Below are positions 52,006-64,000 of a stretch of DNA of 64,000 bases, piece by piece; positions within the stretch are counted from its first letter, which is position 1; each line of letters opens with the position of its first letter. This stretch comes from Mobula hypostoma (taxonomy: Eukaryota). The stretch covers positions 75,084,001 to 75,148,000 of the forward strand of contig NC_086108.1 of NCBI RefSeq assembly GCF_963921235.1, given 5' to 3'. The translations under genes and the position numbers were made by a program. The notes beneath the pieces are model-generated. The model was not told the DNA's origin, ran no database searches, and was given only the letters and a program-made list of their open reading frames with translations.

Positions 52006-52085
52006 TATTCCTTCTCTCTCTCCTATCAGATTCCTTTCTCTCTAGCCCTTTACCTTTCCTACCCACCTAACTTCACCTATCATGT

Positions 52086-52680
52086 TGTCAGTACCTCCAG
52101 TTGAACTCTGTCTTTTTGCGTGTTTCCCCCTATCCGTCAGTCTGTGGTTTTATATTGCCATGTGTTCCCGTCCCTGCTCTACTCCGGCCCCTGTATTACT
52201 GAGTACTCCATCTCTCACCTGTTTCTCATTATTACCTGTATTGCTGCCACCTGTGTCTCACTGTGCTCCACCTATCATCTGCCTCTCTGTTTACTGCTCA
52301 GTGTATGTCAGTCCTGTGGTTTCACCTATTTATTGCCAGATTGTGCCAGTGAATTTTCCTGAGCTTTTCCAGTATTTGTATCTGGACTCTGTCTGTCTGA
52401 ATTTTGCCTCTGCCTGTTTCCTGATTCTGGTTTTTGGATTTCTCTGGATGTTTTGATCTCTGCCTGAACTTTGACGCTGACTTTGTTTGCACCTTGGGTT
52501 TGTACCCTGTCCACCTGAATTTTGCCTCTGCCTGTCTCCTGATTCTGGTTTTTGGATTTCTTTGGATGTTTTGATTTCTGCCTGAACTTTGTTTCGCACC
52601 TCGGGATTTGTTACTCAATTAATATCACTGTGTGCACAGTACTGGGTCAGTGGTTGGATCCCTGCTCCAGTGCCCTGTCA
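52086..52680 (+). mobile_element. Solo LTR (Gypsy-type) inserted in a PLE 3' end, with ~118-bp internal tandem duplication
   Basis: TGTCAG...CTGTCA termini; exact 5-bp TSD CATGT (52081-52085, 52681-52685); repeat units begin at 52397 and 52515. The host PLE spans ~52010-52835. Confidence 0.85.
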
Positions 52681-52909
52681 CATGTTTAGCTATCTTCCTC
52701 CTCTTTCTCCTTTTATTTTGGTATCTTCCCCCTTCCTTTCCAGTCCTGAAGAAGTGTCTCAGCCCAAAATATCACTTGTCTATTAATGTCCATAGTTGCT
52801 GCTTGCTCTGTTGATTTCCTCCAGTACTGTGTATGAATATGGTGCAGCTAGAGATTGTAATTGCTATACAGTATATTGGGCAAAAAAGAAGGGGAGGAGA
52901 GACTAAGAT

Positions 52910-53915
52910 AGTAGGCTTTGAAAATATGGTTAGCAAATGATTAACATCATAAACTGTCTGAACCCAAAATATTTTTCCCTGACATGTCTGAATTCTCTGA
53001 TCAGATATAGGTAAATGAGGGCAGTATAGTTGATATGTTTATTGGTACAGTGCATTGAAATCTTTCTAAAAAAAATCGAGGTTGCTAGCACCAGAAGTTT
53101 TATGAAATAAAACCACAATTGTTTGTGGTCAATAAATTTACAGATGGCTCAAAAATTGATAGAGTTGTTGGTAGTCAAAAAGATTGTCAAAGAATAAAGC
53201 AGTATATAGATCTGTTGGAGGTATGGATAGAGAAAGTGGTAGGAGGATTGTAACCTGACGAGTAATATTGTGAGGCCAAATGTACGGGGAAAGAATATAG
53301 CAAATGGCAAGACCCTTAGGAGCACTGATGTACAGAGGGACCTTAGAGATGCAAGTCCATACTGCCTGAAAATAGTAACAGATAAGATGACAAAGAAGGC
53401 ATATGGCATGCTTACCTTCATCAGTCGGACAAGAGTATAAAAGTTGGGAAGTCATGCTGCAGCTGTTTGAAACTTTGGTGAGGTTACTTTTGGAGTTCTG
53501 TGTGCAGTTTTGATCACCGAATTATACCGTTTGTAGAAAAGATGTTGGTCTTTGGAGAGTATGAAAAAGAGGTTCACTGGGATAGTGCCTGGATTAGACA
53601 ACATTATCAATAAGGAGAGGTTGCACAGTCTTGAATTGTTTTCTCTTGACTATCGGAAGTTGAGGAGAGAATTGTTGGAAGCATGTAAGCTAATGAGAGG
53701 CATAGACAGAGCAGAATATCAGACTCTTTGTGCTGTCTAGAACTCTCCTAAAGGAGGTGGAGGTGGCAGATAGGATGTCAATATTAAAGAGGCATCCAGA
53801 TAGACACATGAAAAGTCGAGGGAAGAAGAGATAGTCTTATGCAGGCAGGTGAGATTATTTTAAATTGGCATCATGGTTATGACAGTCTGTTCCTGTGCTG
53901 TACTGTTCTAGTTCT
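52910..53915 (+). mobile_element. Old CR1 fragment(s)
   Basis: ORF 53552..53740 (ERLHSLELFSLDYRKLRRELLEACKLMRGIDR) and CR1 3' end. Confidence 0.75.
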
Positions 53916-55403
53916 ACGCTCATTATGCTCACAGAATTGTACCATTTTAATTTTACATCTGAATGCTGAATACAGCATCTTCTGTCAGTCAAAATGGCTT
54001 TAATTTAAATCTACTTTGGAAGTATGTTTAGCAAGCAACTGAACTGTACCAGATGTTCTATAGCTGAAGCTGACTATTTAAAAAGTGAACCCCTTGTTTC
54101 AATTTGCAGTGAACATTCTCTGTCCTGAAGTACAGTATGTTTAGCTTGTGCATTGTACTCAAGAGACAGGCAAGTATTCTATTACACTATTAAATTACAT
54201 GCTTAAGACAGTGTGGAAATTATGAAAGATTAAAATGTGAACTATTCATCGTAAGAGTACCCTGCCTATTTCCTGCTCTGGAGGCTATGCTGCTCAAGCA
54301 TTTGTACATTACCATGGGATGGTGATGATGGATAGCAAGCCAAGATGAAGCTCAGGTTGACAGAACCTATCTTTCTGTTGCTTGAGATGTTTGCTGTTTA
54401 TCACCTCAATAAATGGATTGCCACTTGCTAAGAACCAGCCAAAGCAGAAATATTCTTCACTATGTGATATAACTGGAACAATCCGCTTATTATTGGAAGT
54501 GTTAATGAAGGGCCATCCAATTCTGTGATGGTTGGTCTCCAGAGTTTTTGCTGCTTCTGCTCCCAAACTGATCCATCAGTCTTACACCCTTGTGTTTTGA
54601 TTTTGTTATTCTGTTTCATTATTGTCTCATCAACTTATGTCTATCCTTGCTGCATTTAGCTCAAGGTTACAGGCAGCATTATCTCATTGCTTTTCCCCCA
54701 AATAAGGAAATAAGGACTTGTGATCCTTGTCTTGGCTGTGCTTTCTACGTTCCCCCCCCCCCCGCCCCCAAAGTCAGGTTGATTCAAACCAGTTTGAGCA
54801 ATTCAGTTGCTGAGCTCAAGTTACCTTCATCCACCGACAAGCTCTTCTCATAAATCTGTGTTTTTTCTGACCATCAAGAAGTTGGTCAATTGATAAATTC
54901 ATTGTAAAGCGAGAATAATTCCTCCTTGTAACTTCTCCAGCTATTAGGTTAGCAGGAAAGTAATACGCCTCACGGCAGACATCCTTACACATTAGTCCTT
55001 GTGTATTTTCAATGCATTTGCCAGCTTTAAAGCATAATTGGCTATGTAAAGCATATCCATCCTCTCCATGCAGCGTGAAAATTATTCACAAGGCTTGCTA
55101 CACTCCCCCAGGCTCCTTCCAAAGACTTCCTTTCAACCACAATCTTATTTTTTTCCCACCACAGTGCCTGCATTTTTACGTTTTTATTCTGTTTGCTCTG
55201 GTGTTTGTACACTGACACCATCTTCCATGCTTTAATTTTATTTTAAAATTCATTGGCAGGTGGAGCTTTGAGACACAGTGGAAGAAGCTGCTGCCTGGAG
55301 CTCCTGAGCAACACTCAGTGGCAGGAGGAACTCGGCAGATTAGGCAGCATCTACAGTGGGAAATGAACAGTCGGCCTTTCAGGTCGAGACCCTTCATCAG
55401 GAC

Positions 55404-55600
55404 TATACTCAGTGACCACTTTATGAAGTACCCTCCATACCTAATAAAATGGCCAATGGGTGTGTGCTCATGGTCGCTTGTTGCCATAGGCCATCTACTT
55501 CGAGGTTTGTGGTGTTGTGCATTCAGAGATGCTCTTCCGTACACTGCTGTTGTATGTGTGGTTCTTCCTGTTTGCCTTTGACCTGACTTGTGCATCCTGT
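55404..55600 (-). mobile_element. Tc1-like element fragment with palindromic TIR pair, abutting a PLE end (55310-55404)
   Basis: ACTCAGTGACCACTTTAT..ATAAAATGGCCAATGGGT imperfect palindrome; internal part is complementary to ~40850-40930. Confidence 0.6.
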
Positions 55601-55694
55601 GCAAAATTAACTGACTGAATCTACAGTGGGGAGCTCTGACCATGCTACACGATTTTTGATTGAGTTTTCTCGAAACTTACACTGCTTTTAAAGA

Positions 55695-55897
55695 CAAACA
55701 ACAGGAATTCTGCAGATGCTGGAAATTCAAGCAACATACATCAAAGTTGCTGGTGAACGCAGCAGGCCAAGCAGCATCTATAGGAAGAGGTGCAGTCGAC
55801 GTTTCAGGCCGAGACCCTCCCCGGCCTGAAACGTCGACTGCACCTCTTCCTATAGATGCTGCTTGGCCTGCTGCGTTCACCAGCAACTTTGATGTAT
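55695..55897. mobile_element. Very young head-to-head PLE insertion with perfect 76-bp inverted repeat
   Basis: Arms 55736-55811 and 55822-55897 are exact reverse complements with a 10-nt spacer; exact 14-bp TSD ACTGCTTTTAAAGA (55681-55694, 55898-55911). Confidence 0.95.
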
Positions 55898-57032
55898 ACT
55901 GCTTTTAAAGATATGTTTTTCCTGACTTTGGTTTTACTCATATCATCCTCACCACTAACTGTAATGTGTATGGAGCTGGGCCACAGATACTTTTGGAATG
56001 CTGATGAATTGTACTTAACTTGCATCATGACAGAGACAAACATATCTCACTGCTTTCCTTCTTTGAAGAAGATTGTGTGTCCATTCTTTTCAGTTATACA
56101 CAGTTATTATACAGATCTTGTCTGCTTACTGGGTTATTGAGTTGATTTGACCTTCTCAGATATGTATTTCTGCCAAGAAAAAGATAACTATGCTGTTGAA
56201 AGGATGCTGATTGGTGGAAGAAGTTGTTTACTTAGCATAGTGTGTTTCTTGGGTTGAGGTCACAATTAAAAGAAATTTGGATTTGCTCCCTGCAGTTAAT
56301 AATTACATAATATGTAAACTGTTAGAGATATAATAAATTACTCTACTCTTCCGAGTTCATGAGAATGCCTATTTATGTTTCTGTACAGCTTCACGACCTT
56401 TTGGGGGGGGGGGAATTTCTGACCAATTAAACATCACTGGTAGATTAACATTTAAAAATGTAAATATGTCCCCAATACATTTTTAGTATTATGCTTGAAG
56501 AACATTGTACTTGAGGTACTGTATCACGCAACGTTGTTCACTAAAGGGGAAAAAAGGCTGAGAAGTGGCAGACGGAATTCAATCCAGAAAATTGAACAAC
56601 ACGACCTTACAGACAAACTTGAAAATTCATCAGGGCAGGTCCACATCTTTGTTTTAGTTTCACACCATCACAATACTTTAACTTTCAGAAACATCTGTAT
56701 GACCATTCTCAATTAATTCTGTTGCAGGGACATCATGTGTACATTCAGATGCTTTTTCAATGTCACCACTCTTTTGGGTAGTGAGTTTGAGACCTTCACC
56801 AGGAGAATCCTGCAATAAGCAACAGTAATTGGGCAGTCATAAAAATTTAAAACTAAATTCAAGAATGCTTTTTAAAAGTGTCTTACTTTTGTTTTATGGG
56901 AGTGGGTGTAATTTGATGAAATAACCAATAAGGAACTAACCACAACAATAAGCATTTTAATCATATTGCATTGTACCCACCTCCGAATGGTCTAAATTTA
57001 AATTACTGAAATATTTTTTTAAAAATACACAT

Positions 57033-57350
57033 TGGTTAGCGTCCATCTATCTCGAAGGACAATGGGTGTCGATAATCATCATCACAAGCCTGGGCAGAAG
57101 GTACAGAGGTCCTGAGATGCCCAGTCGTGCAGATCCCCCTCTTGGCATCACCAGTGTAATCCAAAGGAAAGCTTATGAAGCAATACATTTGGCACCAGCT
57201 TGGCTGCAGAAGCTGCCGGAAAGAAGTTCAATGACATCCAGCTGCCTTAGGGGCTCCACTCCAGAATTGCTCTCTGGGTTTACTTCTATAGCCTTCGTCT
57301 CTCCTGAGGCTGCCCACAGGGCAATGGGGCTATTTACCCATAACTGGGGT
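57033..57350 (-). mobile_element. 5'-truncated copy of the 6858-7463 SINE-like family (lacks the ribozyme)
   Basis: Colinear with 6860-7160 (ATCATCACAAGCCTGGGCAGAAGGTA...GGCTGCCCACA). Confidence 0.85.
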
Positions 57351-58154
57351 AATGTTGAATGAACATTCACTATTACATTTAAGAGAGTTTACTTGAACAA
57401 TAAGAGACATTCTACCACTTATTGCAAAGAGCAAAGTTGATCTTAAACTCTCACTGAAAGCCTGCAACTCAACACACATAACAGACCCTTCACATTTTCT
57501 CAAGTAATGGCTGGTCCATGCTAATGTATGTTGGGGATGGAAGGTTCAAGTGGTCTATTTTGGAGAAAGTGCCTGATTCTACCTAAGTTTTTGGAATAAG
57601 AATAAAAGATACAATGTAAATGAATGAACACTCCAGATAAAATTGTTAGAGACTGCAAAACAGTAATCAGTTATTTGTAAAAGATAAGCGAAAATTTAAA
57701 GAAATTATTCAAGGTTAAAATGCCTTCAAATCAGTGCAGTTAACAGAAGTTTCTGACCATGAACTTCACAATGATCAAAACTGCTCAGAAGGTGACCGGA
57801 AGGAGACACTTAATACTTATGATTAGAAGTATTTAGCATTTAGAGACTCCATTTCTTATCACAACACCTTCTCACCACCTGTAAACTACAAGTTAGTCTT
57901 GCCTAACAAGTTACAGCAGTGGGTCATGAGGTGGTACCTCAACACCCTCTTAAGGGCAATGATGGCAGCTCAGGTCTTTGTTCCAGTTTCATATGAACAC
58001 ATTATTTTAATTTTCTGAAATGCCTATCTGAATTTGTCTAAGAGTTGTATTTAGACAAATCACACTTTCCCACACTTGATTAGTGATCTTGCAGGTTGTG
58101 ACTGACCGTATGTACAGTACATCAAGATACCTTTCCAGTATGTATAGGTCACCA

Positions 58155-59020
58155 CATGCTGATGAGATGAAGGTTGGCAGTGCTGTGGATAGTGAAGGAG
58201 GTTTCAAGGGAACATTGATAGGAAGAGGAGCTGAGCTGAGAAATGGCAGATGGAGTTCAATCCAGAAAAGCATGAAGTAATGCAAACACTTTAGAAGGTC
58301 AAACTTGAAGGCAGAATGAAAGGTTAATGACAGGATTCTTCATAGTGTGGAGGAATAGAGGATCCATAGATCCCTTAAAGTTTCCATGCAAGTTGGTAAG
58401 GTTGTTAGGAAGATAATGGTGTGTTGGCCTTCATAAGTTGAATTCAAGAGAGGCAAGGTGATGTAGCCCCATAAAATTCTAGTTACACCACATTTGGATT
58501 ATTGTGTTCCATTCTAGTCACTTTGTTATAGGAAGGGTGTGGAAGGTTTAGAGAGGAGATTTGCCAGAATATTGCCTGGATTAGAGAGTGTGTCTTATGA
58601 GGAAAGATAGCAAGATAGGGCTTTTCTCTTTGGTGTGAAGCAGAACCAGAGGTGACTTGAAAGAGCTGCTTATGATGATAAGAGGCATAGATAAAAGTGG
58701 ACAGCCAGCAGCTTTTAATATGAAAGGGCAGAATTTTGAAGTGATTGGAGGGAAGTATAAGAGGGATGTCAGAGATAGTTTTTTTTTGCACACTTATTAT
58801 ATATCCAGTCTGGTGACTGGGTTACCGAGTTGCTTTGACCTCCTCAGCTATACATATCTGGCATGCACTGCCAGAGGTACTAGTGGAAGAAGATACATCT
58901 GGGACATTTAAGAGTCATATAAATAGACATATGGACGAAGGAAAACTGGAGAATTATGTGGGAGAAAAGCATTAGATTGATCTTGGAAGAGTGTAAAATG
59001 TTGGCACAGAATCATGGTGG
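58155..59020 (+). mobile_element. Decayed CR1 fragment
   Basis: GCTGATGA..AAGGTTGG, AAATGGCAGATGGAGTTCAATCC and CR1 C-terminal motifs. Confidence 0.8.
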
Positions 59021-60087
59021 AAGGGGAGAAAAAACACAATGAACTAATGCAATTAGTGCAAAAGCCCATGAATGAATTAGAATAAGAAGGAACTTGGATT
59101 TCTTTTGAACAGTTTTCCTTCTTCCTAATCTTTTCAGTATCTTTCTGGGCACAAATCACTAAGAACCTGTGCCTATGCCAGATTTCCCCCATTTGTTCCA
59201 GATACCACCCCACCCCATATTTCAAAGGCATGTATGTTAGTAGATAATTTGACCAGTGTGAATTGCTCCTTTATGTGAGTGGGAGAATAGGAGACTGTGG
59301 AGAAAATAAAAAATAGGATTAGCACGGGATTAATGTAAATGGTTGGTGGTTGGCACCCACTCATGAGGTGACTGTTTCTGTGCTCGATGATTCCTATGAC
59401 CTATGGCTAAAAGAAAGATTGTGGGTACCCTTCCTGACAGTGGTTGCAGTTGACATAATCTTGAACAGCTCTGAGCAAAATGCCCTGTATGTGACCTCCA
59501 TCATCCTGAAATACGCAGCCATTCTCTGGGCAAGACTGAAACAGTTTAGGCAGCATCTGTGAAAAGACAATCAGAATTAACATTTTTGGTGGAACTGAGA
59601 AAGGAGGGAAAATAAGTCAATGTAAGGATTGATCATATGCGGCAGAAATGTGCTTCGCTGACCTATTCTTCCTTGTCTAACTTGCTTTCTGTCTTTCCCT
59701 GTTCTGAAGAAGGTCTTCGACCTGAACCATTAATTTCTTTGCCCACAGATAGTCTCTGATTGTCAGCATTTCTGTTCTTATTTAAGATTTCCAGTATCTG
59801 GTATTTTTTGATTTCAGTCTAATTCAAGCTAATTGACTGGCACCCCTCTGAAATAGTGGCAGCTTCGCCAAGAATATGAATGCCTGCTTTTGTGCTCAGT
59901 TGTCTGGACAGAATCTGGAAGAATTTGATGAGAGTATGGGGAGAATAAAAAATGGAATTAATGTAGATTACTGTGAAGGATAGCTGATTATCAGTGACAG
60001 CTCATGTTTCTGTGGTCTATGACTCTGTGACTCTGAAAGGTTTGTTTCAGCAAGGGTGCATTATTCCATATTCTTGCACTGGGAGTT

Positions 60088-62225
60088 TGTCAGGCCTGAA
60101 CAGGCACACACCTCCCAGTCTCCACCCAGCTATCAGCAGTCACCATCTACAGCCTAGTTAAACCCAGCTCTCAACCGCATTGGTTGTTCACTATCAAACC
60201 AGCCAGACTCAACCAGTTGCTCATAGCCTTCAGTGGCCCCTTGTGGCTTGTTATTTTGCAGTTTAATATTAAAGTGATACCCTACTGCAAAATCATCTCC
60301 GCTGCTCTGCATTTGGGTCATGCCCCCCTGCATCTCCTGACAGGATGAGTGAACCATCAATTGACCCAGCAGAGTTTGCTTGCCTTAAGGAAGTTCCCAC
60401 TGACGTAAGTACACAATCCAGAAGCGGCCGGAATGACCATCTGTTCGCCACTCTCAACCAACGCTCCGTCTCATTACAGCAAACCCCACACCAGTCAACC
60501 TTCTTCAAACCCTCAGATTCCAGTGCCTGAATACTTCAATGCATCCCCAATCTGATGCCACAACTTCCTATCCCAGTCCATCTAACACTTCAAGGTCCAG
60601 CCATTTCTGTATTCTGTGGATTAGGCCAAGATAGCCTTCATCATTTCCCTCTTGACTGGGCGAGCTCTCTCTTGGGCCACCGCTGACTGGGACAATAAAA
60701 CCACCATCTGCAATAAAGGTGAGGAATTCACCATGAGGAGATGCGCCAGGTTTTCGACCATTCAGGAAGTGGAACGGAGGCAGTGGATTGGATACTTCCC
60801 CTGCATCAAGGCTTACGTTCAGTGCTGGATTACACCCTGGAACTCAGGACCCTCCAGCAGAGTGCAGCTGGAATGCAAAAGCGCTGCTGACCCATTACCA
60901 TCACCGCCTTTTAGATCGACTGAAAGACAAGCAGCCCACTGACCTTGAAAGCCTCACTTTGGCCCTCCATGTGAACAAGGAATTACCTTCCAGATCACCA
61001 GCCAAAACCCCATTTCCATTCCCACAACCATTTCAGGCGCAGGACCCTCATCAGCAAGGCCTCCAGAATACATACAGTTATTGAGAGCTCCTTTAATCCC
61101 CCCTGAGCATGAGCATCAGTGAAGAAGCACGCATGTTCAACTTGTATTGCGCCAAACTGGAGTAGGAAACAGGGAGCTTTTGTTGTTCAGTCATTCAGTG
61201 AAGTCTGACTCTTCCTGACCTCATGGACTCCTGCACACCAAGCCTTCTTGTTGGAAACTGCCTCTCTAAGATTCCCCAAGGTCACACACATTGTCTGAGT
61301 AATATTATCCATCCATTGTAGCCACTGTCATCCGCTCCTTTTATCTAACATGAGAGTCTTCCCCAAAGAATCCTGTCTTCTCATGATGAGGCCAAAATAT
61401 TTGAGCTTTTGTCTCATAATCAATCAAACCACCTAGTGAGCAGTCTGGCTGTATTTCTTCAAGAATGGACTTGTTAGATCTTCTTGTTGTCCAATGAAAT
61501 CTTAACACTTTCCTCCTGCATCCAAGTTCAAAGGCGTAGATTCTTTTGTATTCAGCCTTACTAATAGTCCAGCTCTCACAGCCATACATCACAACTGGAA
61601 GTACCATAGACATGACGATACAGATCTTCATAGACAATGTTATATCTCTGCTCTTCAATATTTTGTGTAAATTTGCCATTGCTGCCCTCCCCAGAAGTAA
61701 ACGCCGTTTAATTTTGTGGCAGGGGCCACTCACCGTTAAATGGGCCTTGCAGGAATGAAGACGTTGGCTGATGGGGAGTAGTGAGCCCTTTCTGATCTGG
61801 GCTGACCAGCACAACCTCATACCCATTCAGCAGACCCGCCAACTCAACCTACGTCAGACTCGCTGGGCCCTTTTCTCCAAGCAATTCAACTTCAGTACCT
61901 CCTACCAACCCAGCTCCAAGAACACTAAGGCAGACGCGCTGTCACAACAGCTTGACTCAATTGAAACACCAATCGTTCGTCAGCCTATCATTTCATCCTG
62001 ATAAATCCTTACCCCAGTCATCTAGGATGTTGAGAACTAGATCCACCAGGCCTTGCAGCACGAACCTGCTCTGGCTGACATCCCTGTCAACCGCATGTAT
62101 GTGCTGGCAGCCGTGCACAATGAAGCACTCCAGTGTGTCCACTCCTCGCCTCTCTCCAGCCATCCAGACACACAACGGACACTGGATTTTCTGCAATGCC
62201 AGTTTTGGTGGCCCACAGCACAAAG
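60088..62225 (+). mobile_element. Sushi/chromovirus-like Gypsy element: LTR, gag, deleted PR/RT, RNase H, integrase Zn-finger
   Basis: LTR 60088-60342 with TGTCAGG/CCTGACA ends; gag (AKIAFIISLLTGRALSWATA); RNase H VGNREL..VKWALQE..RQTRWALF..KNTKADALS; integrase H-x6-HP..FWWP. Confidence 0.88.
61180..61719 (-). mobile_element. RTE-BovB-like LINE 3' fragment
   Basis: ORF 61341..61826 (IKRRLLLGRAAMANLHKILKSRDITL..VVMYGCESWTISKAE..FELGCRRKVLR..WTTRRSNKSILEEI); BovB-type 3'UTR and CTGAA/CAA tail. Confidence 0.88.
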
Positions 62226-62469
62226 AGGTCTGAGCTCACTCACTTACTTGGAAGCAAAAAAGTAAATGTAACCGCAGCAAAGATGTGTGAGTGTGAAGGT
62301 GGTCATTGGGGATCAGGGAGATGGGATGTGAGCATAAGAACATTAGACATTTACTCGTGGTTATACAAGAAATAACAGGAGAGGATATAATGGCAGTTGG
62401 CAACAGGACCAATGTGATGACTTGTTACCGAAAGGAAATGCCAGTATTGATACATATAATGAACTTAAC

Positions 62470-62975
62470 CTCAATGTTCAAAAATTCAAAGTACATTTAC
62501 TAACAAAGTACATATACTGTACGTCACCATATACAACCCTGAAATTCGTTTTCTTTTGTACATACTCAGCAAATCCAAGAACCATAATCGCAACACTGAA
62601 ACAATAGGGGGGACAACAAACTTTGCAAATGGAAAAGGAAAATAATAATAAATAAATAAGCTATAAATATCTAGAACATGTCCTTGGAAGTGAGTCCATA
62701 GGTTGTGGGAACATTTCAGTGATGGGGCAAGTGCAGTTATCCCCACCAGTTCAAGAGCCCGATGCTTGAGGGGTAGTAACTGGTCCTGAACTTGGTAATG
62801 TGAGTCCTGAGGCTCCTGTACTTTCTTCCTGATGGAAGCAGCGAGACGAAAGCATGACCCGGTTGGTGGGGGTCCCTGATGATGGATGCCGCTCTCTCCC
62901 CTGTGATAGTGCTCCATGTAGATGTGCTCAATGGTGGTGCGGCCTTTACCCATGATTAACCGCGCTGTATCCACA
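62470..62975 (-). mobile_element. Rex1/Babar LINE 3' fragment
   Basis: ORF 62737..62931 (AASIIRDPHQPGHA..LLPSGRKYRSLRTHITKFRTSYYP); TTTGAA tail. Confidence 0.85.
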
Positions 62976-63612
62976 ACTTCTAACCTCAGTGTAAGGTTTG
63001 AACTATTTCTTTAATACCATGCTTTGGTTATTATTATTTAAGCTCAAATTATATTACACCACAAAAAAACTAAATTATGTTCTATTTACCGGGTAATGAA
63101 GATGGCTCCCTCGTGTAGAGCTATGTTTCAGAAACAGCAGTAATTATTGAGATGAATTTTGTGAACTGCTGCCACTTGAACTCAGTCGTCATGCGTTAAA
63201 GGCACACACACAACACCATCAGCTTCTGTAGCATATGTTTATTTTTATATGGTTGCACAGGTGATCCCTGAGGGCAGGGAGTCTCCTTGATTTAGCGACA
63301 AGACCTGACAAGATCACCCCGCTTGCAGGAGGGATGTGATTGTTTGAAGGCTCACAGGGAGTATTTAGTGCAGCAGGCAATCCAGGCAGTAAATTGTCAA
63401 GGAGATTGATGTTATAAACAATGCTGCCTGCACAATGACCAGCGGAACAAAAAATATCGTTATCACAAAAGATCGGAAAACATGTCCTCACAAATTGAAA
63501 TGATCATTATCTGTGCAGATCTTATCTTCCCCTTGATTCACGCTCTGCCAATGCCATTCTTTACACTACACTCACCCTCCTACTCACAGACTACCAAAAA
63601 ATGTTAATGTCA

Positions 63613-63837
63613 GAAACATAGAAACATAGAAAATAGGGGCAGGAGTAGGCCATTCGGCCCTTCAAGCCTGCACCGCCATTCAGTACGATCATGGCTGATC
63701 ATCCAACTCAGAACCCTGTACCAGCCTTCCCTCCATACCCCCTGATCCCTTTAGCCACAAGGGTCATATCTAACTCCCTCTTAAATATAGTCAATGAACT
63801 GGCCTCAACTGTTTCCTGTGGCAGAGAATTCCACAGA
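63613..63837 (-). mobile_element. Young CR1 3' end (same subfamily as 4291-4686)
   Basis: (AGAAACAT)n tail complement and near identity to ~4466-4686. Confidence 0.9.
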
Positions 63838-64000
63838 CATCCCACCCTGCAAAATCTCATTTCAGGGAGGTAGTACCCCCGCCCCCCGCAACTTCATATT
63901 CCCCCCACCCCCATCGACCTCCAAGGGTGTATGTAATACTTTGTTTAGTGATTTTGTCTCATCTGTAAACCAAGTCGGGTATATGCAGAAAATGTGACAT

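Noticed and set aside
52322..52618. Repetitive ORFs in three minus frames
   Set aside because: By-product of the LTR tandem duplication and strand compositional bias.
60345..62265. Domesticated PEG10/RTL-like gene
   Set aside because: LTR present, multiple stops and frameshifts, PR/RT deleted and a LINE insertion: a decayed retrotransposon.
1..64000. CRISPR arrays, rRNA genes or prokaryote-type operons
   Set aside because: No regularly spaced repeats, rRNA motifs or dense ORFs; the DNA is vertebrate-like and repeat-rich.

Overview
Repeat-dense eukaryotic intronic/intergenic DNA. The repeat repertoire (HER1/CR1 LINEs, V-SINE/HE1-type SINEs, abundant Penelope-like elements, Rex1/Babar LINEs) suggests a cartilaginous fish, probably a ray; this is inference. 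No intact host protein-coding gene is recognisable, and nearly all ORF-track hits are decayed transposon fragments or noise. Contents: many CR1 fragments; Penelope-like elements (PLEs; RT plus GIY-YIG); Rex1/Babar fragments; two copies of one Gypsy family; a sushi-like Gypsy element and a solo LTR; an internally deleted Tigger/pogo; Tc1-like and hAT-like non-autonomous elements; RTE/BovB pieces; and RTE-related SINEs. Highlights: (1) a degenerate HDV-like ribozyme fold in a TSD-flanked SINE-like element at 7244-7346 (-); (2) minimal type I hammerhead motifs at PLE 3' ends, two intact; (3) recurrent head-to-head PLE insertions with one long and one ~36-nt-shorter 3' end plus TSDs, including a perfect 76-bp inverted repeat; (4) an apparently spliced RBM25 fragment where a Gypsy pol should continue; (5) a BovB-like LINE nested in a Gypsy RNase H. 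All repeat-family names come from motif recognition, not database searches, and most boundaries are approximate.
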